In this document: piece by piece, positions 33,948 through 38,505 of the stretch
How the letters are laid out: the number at the start of each line of letters is the position of its first letter
Position numbering within the stretch: position 1 is the stretch's first letter
From: Actinomycetes bacterium
Lineage (GTDB): Bacteria > Actinomycetota > Actinomycetes > S36-B12
Assembly (NCBI GenBank): GCA_965662415.1
Contig: CBFIHB010000003.1
Coordinates: 1 to 38,505 of the forward strand
Direction: 5' to 3'
DNA length: 38,505 bases
Program-made: the position numbers and the translations under genes
The notes under the pieces: model-generated
Databases searched by the model: none
What the model was told of the DNA's origin: nothing
The model's input: only the letters and a program-made list of their open reading frames with translations

Positions 33948-34385
33948 GTGGGAAATACGGACTTCGTTGTTGTTGGCGTGGATGGTTCGGAGGCCAGCGA
34001 GCGGGCGCTCGAGTGGGGGATGCGTTACGCGGCCGAACGAGGACTGGCGCTCGTGGCCGTTACCGGATACGTGGTGCCGTGGACCATCTTCATCACCCCT
34101 ACCTATCAGGAGCAGGACTACGCGAGGGATGCCCAAGTGATGCTCGACAGTTGCATCGCACGAGCCAGGGAAGCCGTTCCGGGTGTTCCCGTCGAAGCCC
34201 GCCTGGTGGCTGAGCGCCCGCAGACAGCCTTGATCCTTGCTGCCGAAGGTGCGCAATTGCTCATCGTGGGTGCCCGTGGACACGGTGCGTTACCGGATGT
34301 CCATGTGGGCTCAGTAGCGAACGCGTGCGTGAATCACTCACCCTGCCCGGTTCTGGTGCACCGCGAGTCTGCTGCGGGTGGCTAA
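33948..34385 (+). CDS. Universal stress protein (single UspA domain)
   Basis: VVVGVDGSEAS..AL, LLIVGARGHG, GSVA..CVNHSPCPVLV. Confidence 0.93.
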   Translation: MGNTDFVVVGVDGSEASERALEWGMRYAAERGLALVAVTGYVVPWTIFITPTYQEQDYARDAQVMLDSCIARAREAVPGVPVEARLVAERPQTALILAAEGAQLLIVGARGHGALPDVHVGSVANACVNHSPCPVLVHRESAAGG

Positions 34386-34386
34386 A

Positions 34387-36495
34387 TCACTCGACGATGT
34401 CGACCATATGCAGATCCTTGGTCGCTCGAGTGGCGGCCACGTAGACATCGGCACCGCGCGGGCGCTGGACCCCGATTGCCGCAGGGTCAACCAGCAGGAC
34501 GCAGTCGAATTCCAGTCCTTTGGATTGTTGTGCTGTGAGCACGGCAATCGGTGCGTCAAGTGCGTAGTCCTCGAATCCGAAATCGGGCCCCTGCAGGGCT
34601 TGTCGAATAACGGGAAAGAGCACATCGGGGACGATCACCGCTGACCGGCCGTCCGGATCACTGACCTCGAGCGCATAGCGAGCCAGTTGCGCCACAGTCA
34701 TTTGCGTGCGCCGCACGTCAGGGCCATCGCGTATCGGAGTGAGCTCGGGCGGATCACCACCGGCCGCCAAGAGCAGTTCGGTGGCTGCTCGCGCGATTTG
34801 TCGGGTGATGCGGTACGTGACGGTCAAGGTGAAGCGCTTCACGCGATCGGCCGCCCAGAACAGTGCTTCGTTCCATTCCCTCGCTGCTGACGGGTGCGAA
34901 GCCTGCTGTAAGTCACCAACAACGGTCATCGATCGACGCGTCGCACGTCGGGCAACGGCCCGCCAGGCCATCGCACTGAGTTCTTGCGCCTCGTCCACGA
35001 TCACGTGGCCGTAAATCCATTCCCGATCGTCGATGGCTCGTTCGGCCAGCGAAGAGTGGCCGCGGACATCGCGGCTAGATGAGATGCGGTAGGCATCCTC
35101 GGCCTGCAACTCCCGGTAGCCCGGATCGCTGGATTCCTGCGGCGCAGGGGGAGACCAAGGACCCAGAGCGTGTGCAGCTTCGTCTAGCAAGGGGATGTCA
35201 TCGGTAGCCCACGGGGAGTCCGCACTTCGCAGCAACAGTTGTTGCTCGTGAGTGCTGAGCACCCCTGTCGCGGCTTGATACAAGAAGTCTGGATCGGTCA
35301 GCAATCGTGAGATCACTTGCTCCGGAGTGGTCGGCAGCCACATGAGGTTCAGTTCGCGTCGAACATTGGCGTCTTCGACGAGCGACGCGATGATGTCCAG
35401 GCAGTACTCGTCATCGGACGGATCGCGCCCCCGATCGCGGGCGATGTTCTGTGCGGCGCTCGCCAGCACCCGGCGCAAGAAGGGGTCTCGGCCTTCATGG
35501 AAGTTGCGCGAACGCGATATGCCCTTCGTTGCCTGATGGAGTTGCTCTGAACTCACCTGCACGAAGCCACCGGTCGTGGTGCGGAAGGACAGGCCAGTGT
35601 CAGGAAGACGAACACGCGCAGCGATCGCTGCTGCGACAACTTTGGCCATCCGCGCGTCGCCCTTCACTCGAGCGATCGCCGGCGGATCATCGACACTCGG
35701 CCGAATCGCCGGGTAGAACTGGGAAGGTGTCAATAAGACGACATCGGTCTCACCGAGGCTGGGAAGGACCTGATCTATGTACTGCAAGAACACATTGCTC
35801 GGGCCGATGATCAAGACGCCATCGCGAGCGAGCCGTTCCCGGTACGTATAAAGGAGCCAGGCAGCCCGGTGCAATGCCACGACTGTCTTTCCGGTGCCTG
35901 GCCCACCTTCGACGACCGTTACCTGCTCAAGGGGACTTCGGATGACTGCGTCCTGATCGGCGGCGATCGTAGCCAGGATGTCGCCCATCCGGCCTTCGCG
36001 CGGAGCTTCCAGAGCTGTGCGTGCGGCTTGGAAGTCGTCGATCTCGGTGTAGTGACCGGTGAACTCCTCGTCGTCTACGTGCGTGACCTCCGGTCCGCTC
36101 GGGGTTGATCGTGAGGCGATGCGCCGCCGCAACGCCAGACCCATGGGATCCTGCAGTGTTGCCTGGTAGAAGGGAGAAGCGTGCGGAGCGCGCCAATCGA
36201 GTAGCACGACTTCTCCGTCCGGCCCACGCAAGCCGATACGCCCGACATGATCGTCGTCACCGGTAGTGAAGCGCAATCGCCCGAAGCACACGCGCTTGCG
36301 GGCCGCAAGTGCCGCACTGAGCTGCTGGTGGAGATTGTCCAGATGCGCTTCGCGTTCTAGTTCGTCTTGGCCAGTTCCGGTTCCTGGCGCACTCTTGATC
36401 TGCTCGACCCGAGCCTTGAGATAGTCGATGTGATCGTCGAGGAGAGTGGCTGCTCGCTGAACGAAAGCCTGCTCCTCGAGGACGTTGCCGGACAC
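34387..36495 (-). CDS. HelD-family SF1 helicase-like ATPase (RNA polymerase recycling factor)
   Basis: FGRL, VGRIG, LDWRAP..SPFYQAT, MGDILATI..DQD, GGPGTGKTVVALHRAAWLLY, VDEAQE, VGDLQQ, KGLEFD, YVAATRA. Confidence 0.9.
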   Translation of the reverse strand: MSGNVLEEQAFVQRAATLLDDHIDYLKARVEQIKSAPGTGTGQDELEREAHLDNLHQQLSAALAARKRVCFGRLRFTTGDDDHVGRIGLRGPDGEVVLLDWRAPHASPFYQATLQDPMGLALRRRIASRSTPSGPEVTHVDDEEFTGHYTEIDDFQAARTALEAPREGRMGDILATIAADQDAVIRSPLEQVTVVEGGPGTGKTVVALHRAAWLLYTYRERLARDGVLIIGPSNVFLQYIDQVLPSLGETDVVLLTPSQFYPAIRPSVDDPPAIARVKGDARMAKVVAAAIAARVRLPDTGLSFRTTTGGFVQVSSEQLHQATKGISRSRNFHEGRDPFLRRVLASAAQNIARDRGRDPSDDEYCLDIIASLVEDANVRRELNLMWLPTTPEQVISRLLTDPDFLYQAATGVLSTHEQQLLLRSADSPWATDDIPLLDEAAHALGPWSPPAPQESSDPGYRELQAEDAYRISSSRDVRGHSSLAERAIDDREWIYGHVIVDEAQELSAMAWRAVARRATRRSMTVVGDLQQASHPSAAREWNEALFWAADRVKRFTLTVTYRITRQIARAATELLLAAGGDPPELTPIRDGPDVRRTQMTVAQLARYALEVSDPDGRSAVIVPDVLFPVIRQALQGPDFGFEDYALDAPIAVLTAQQSKGLEFDCVLLVDPAAIGVQRPRGADVYVAATRATKDLHMVDIVE

Positions 36496-36599
36496 TCATT
36501 GCCTTCCTGTGTCACGCCTACGGGCGCGCGATGGGGGTAGAAGAGTCTTTCATGCCCCCAGGGAGCGCGCTCTTCGTCCACCGGGAAGTGACTGCTGGC

Positions 36600-36869
36600 C
36601 TAGCGGGACCGCATGATTGCTCGCCGGGAACGCCACGACATGAGCGCGAAGCGCGATAGTCCGGAAAGAGCACTGGCCATGCTCGCAAAGGAGCCGATCG
36701 AGGCGACGGACGCGAAGGAGCCCACGCTTCCAATGGACAAGGCCGAACCAATCGAAGCTATGGATAGCACCGATCCCTTGGAGGCGATCGAAAGAGTCGA
36801 GTCTTGAGAGGCGATGCTCCAGCGTGAGGTGCCAGCAGTGTTGGAGCGCCCGAAATTCGTAGGTGTCAT
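36600..36869 (-). CDS. Small Ser-rich protein with nonapeptide (SIAS/SIGS) repeats
   Basis: Regular 9-aa periodicity with divergent codons; CAGACT 6 nt before the ATG; fills the gap between helD and DUF3293. Confidence 0.75.
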   Translation of the reverse strand: MTPTNFGRSNTAGTSRWSIASQDSTLSIASKGSVLSIASIGSALSIGSVGSFASVASIGSFASMASALSGLSRFALMSWRSRRAIMRSR

Positions 36870-36942
36870 GGATGAAGTCTGTCAGCGCGTTTCATGGACC
36901 CGACGCGAAATCACCATCGGCGGTCCGTGGGATCATCGACCT

Positions 36943-37335
36943 GTGAGTGATCGCGAGGCTCTCTTTCTGATCTACGAGCAAGCGCTGGTCGCTACCCAGG
37001 AGCCCGTAGCTCGTGAGTGGGTGGATCCAGCGCTTGAGTGCCTTGGCCGTTCGCAATCGGCAATTGTCATGACCGCGTACAACCCGGGTACCGATCGACC
37101 CAGCTGGGCTGAAAATGAGGCTGCCAACGAGCGCATGCAGACCGTTCTGATCGACCTTGGGTACGAGGTGTGGCCGGCTGATGGCTTCTCCGCGGACGGC
37201 ACCTGGCGCGAGCCTGGCTGGCTGGTGTGGGGGATGTCGGTCGAGCAGGGCGCGGCTATCGCCGCTGATTTCGGTCAGTTCGCCGTCTACGCGTACGACT
37301 CCGAGGGAGTGAGAACAGTAGTCGCGTGCGATTAG
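36943..37335 (+). CDS. DUF3293 domain protein
   Basis: MTAYNPG...EN..AN..M, G...DGTWREPG, A.DFGQFAVY. GTG 36943 avoids overlap with the divergent gene. Confidence 0.85.
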   Translation: MSDREALFLIYEQALVATQEPVAREWVDPALECLGRSQSAIVMTAYNPGTDRPSWAENEAANERMQTVLIDLGYEVWPADGFSADGTWREPGWLVWGMSVEQGAAIAADFGQFAVYAYDSEGVRTVVACD

Positions 37336-38489
37336 TCGGACTCTCCCGCGCTTTCGCCTTCTTGTTCCCTGTCATCTCGTGGAGCCGGGAACAACGTGGT
37401 TGCTGGACGATCCTCATCGATCAGCGCAACCCACACTTGCCCGGGCTTGAAAGTCAGCGGTTCTCCGTCGAGAGTGGTGAAGGTCGTGCCTGATTCCGCG
37501 TCAGGCCGTTTCCACTTGGCGTCGTAACGCAAGCCATCGCGCAGGACGATCGCACGGCCCTTCCCGACGGTCTCCGCGTGCGGGGTGTTGCCGCCGCCTT
37601 TGTCGAAGAATTTCGACGGGTTTTGTTCGACGTACTGGATGACCACGGTTGCCGCCCGTTGCCCGTCTTCGTGCTCCTCGGCCTGCGCGCGTCGATCATT
37701 GAGATCCACCAGGTACAGCCGGGACGTTTGGTCGTATCGGAAGGCGGCAGAGGCTGCGGGCCATTCCACGCTAGCCGACAGCCCAACCTTGCCACCCGGT
37801 GGAGGTGCCGCATCGAAGGTGAACCCGATGTCCTTTTCGATACTGGCATCGGGTGCGGCCTTGAGTCCCTTGGTGCCGTCGAGGAAATAGTTGTAGGGCG
37901 CTCGTCGGGAGAAGTCCCGTTGATATGCCGAGGCCGCCTTGTTCGGAGAGATATCGATCAGACTGGACGAATCGATGACCGGCCACATCTTGCGCTGAAC
38001 CCCGGAGAAGCTGAAGGCCGGTGAGCCGTACTGCGCCAGCAGGTCGATGTCGGTGATGCGCGCCGATCGAACTGGTCCTATGCGATCGGGCACCTCGTCG
38101 GCGAACACCGCCGCAAGGCGAGTGATGCCGTACTCCACTTCTTCGATGTAGACGATGTCGGCTTCATGCAGTCCGGCGTGCGGTTGAGCGTTTCGGGTGT
38201 TGTCCAGTTTGACGGCCAAGACCGGGCCCGGCGTCGGATCGGGCATTCCATCGAGCGGGGATGTGGGGGTCGGCGTGGGCGTCGGTGTGGGCGTGGGAGT
38301 GGGCGTGCGAGTGGGGGTCGGCGTAGGTGTCGGCGTGGGCGTCGGTGCGGTGGAAGCCGATGAGGGTTCGGGCTCGTTGGGTGCGGGGGAGGACGTGGGC
38401 GAGGAGCAGGCGGACAGTGCCAAGAACGTGGTGGCGGCGATAACCGTGACCACCGCGGGGAAGGTGGTGCGGCTAGACCGGATCGGCAC
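37332..38489 (-). CDS. DUF3048 domain lipoprotein
   Basis: Lipobox LSAC, PT linker, AVKLDN...PHAGL..ADIVY.E.VEYGITRL, IGPVRSAR, RRAPYN, KPGQVWV. Confidence 0.92.
   Translation of the reverse strand: MPIRSSRTTFPAVVTVIAATTFLALSACSSPTSSPAPNEPEPSSASTAPTPTPTPTPTPTRTPTPTPTPTPTPTPTSPLDGMPDPTPGPVLAVKLDNTRNAQPHAGLHEADIVYIEEVEYGITRLAAVFADEVPDRIGPVRSARITDIDLLAQYGSPAFSFSGVQRKMWPVIDSSSLIDISPNKAASAYQRDFSRRAPYNYFLDGTKGLKAAPDASIEKDIGFTFDAAPPPGGKVGLSASVEWPAASAAFRYDQTSRLYLVDLNDRRAQAEEHEDGQRAATVVIQYVEQNPSKFFDKGGGNTPHAETVGKGRAIVLRDGLRYDAKWKRPDAESGTTFTTLDGEPLTFKPGQVWVALIDEDRPATTLFPAPRDDREQEGESAGESD
38262..38346 (-). repeat. Pro-Thr hexanucleotide coding repeat (linker)
   Basis: Degenerate CCN-ACN repeats encoding PTPTPTPTPTPTRTPTPTPTPTPTPTPT. 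Confidence 0.85.
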
Positions 38490-38505
38490 CTAGCGAACTC
38501 TAGGT

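Noticed and set aside
34387-36599. Helicase as the rifamycin-resistance factor HelR, or as a defence helicase
   Set aside because: I see no RAE palindrome upstream and no nuclease, Sir2 or TOPRIM partner; generic HelD fits better.
38262-38346. Repeat tract as a CRISPR array or phase-variable element
   Set aside because: Degenerate in-frame Pro-Thr linker with no spacers and no cas genes.

Overview
High-GC actinobacterial chromosome segment. About 1.4-29.2 kb is a conserved core region, mostly on the minus strand: GMC oxidoreductase (choD-like), aldehyde dehydrogenase, guaB3, guaB, a CarH-like MerR/B12 regulator divergent from whiD/whiB3, groEL1-groES with two CIRCE operators, tsaD-rimI-tsaB-tsaE, a hydrolase, alr, nnr, glmS, glmM, rpsI-rplM, truA and the alpha operon (rplQ, rpoA, rpsD, rpsK, rpsM). 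At about 29,190 the ribosomal cluster stops abruptly: rpsM lacks its first ~15 codons and is joined in frame to the N-terminal part of a secreted lipase, and rpmJ/infA/secY are absent. This is either an assembly chimera or a real rearrangement. The right ~9 kb holds an RDD-family pair, two secreted unknowns, rmuC, a Usp, a HelD-like helicase preceded by a small Ser-rich nonapeptide-repeat protein, DUF3293 and a DUF3048 lipoprotein. A tandem GAF-ANTAR pair sits at the left edge. Many transcription units look leaderless. I saw no tRNA, rRNA, CRISPR array or IS element. All calls come from reading motifs by eye; no searches were run.
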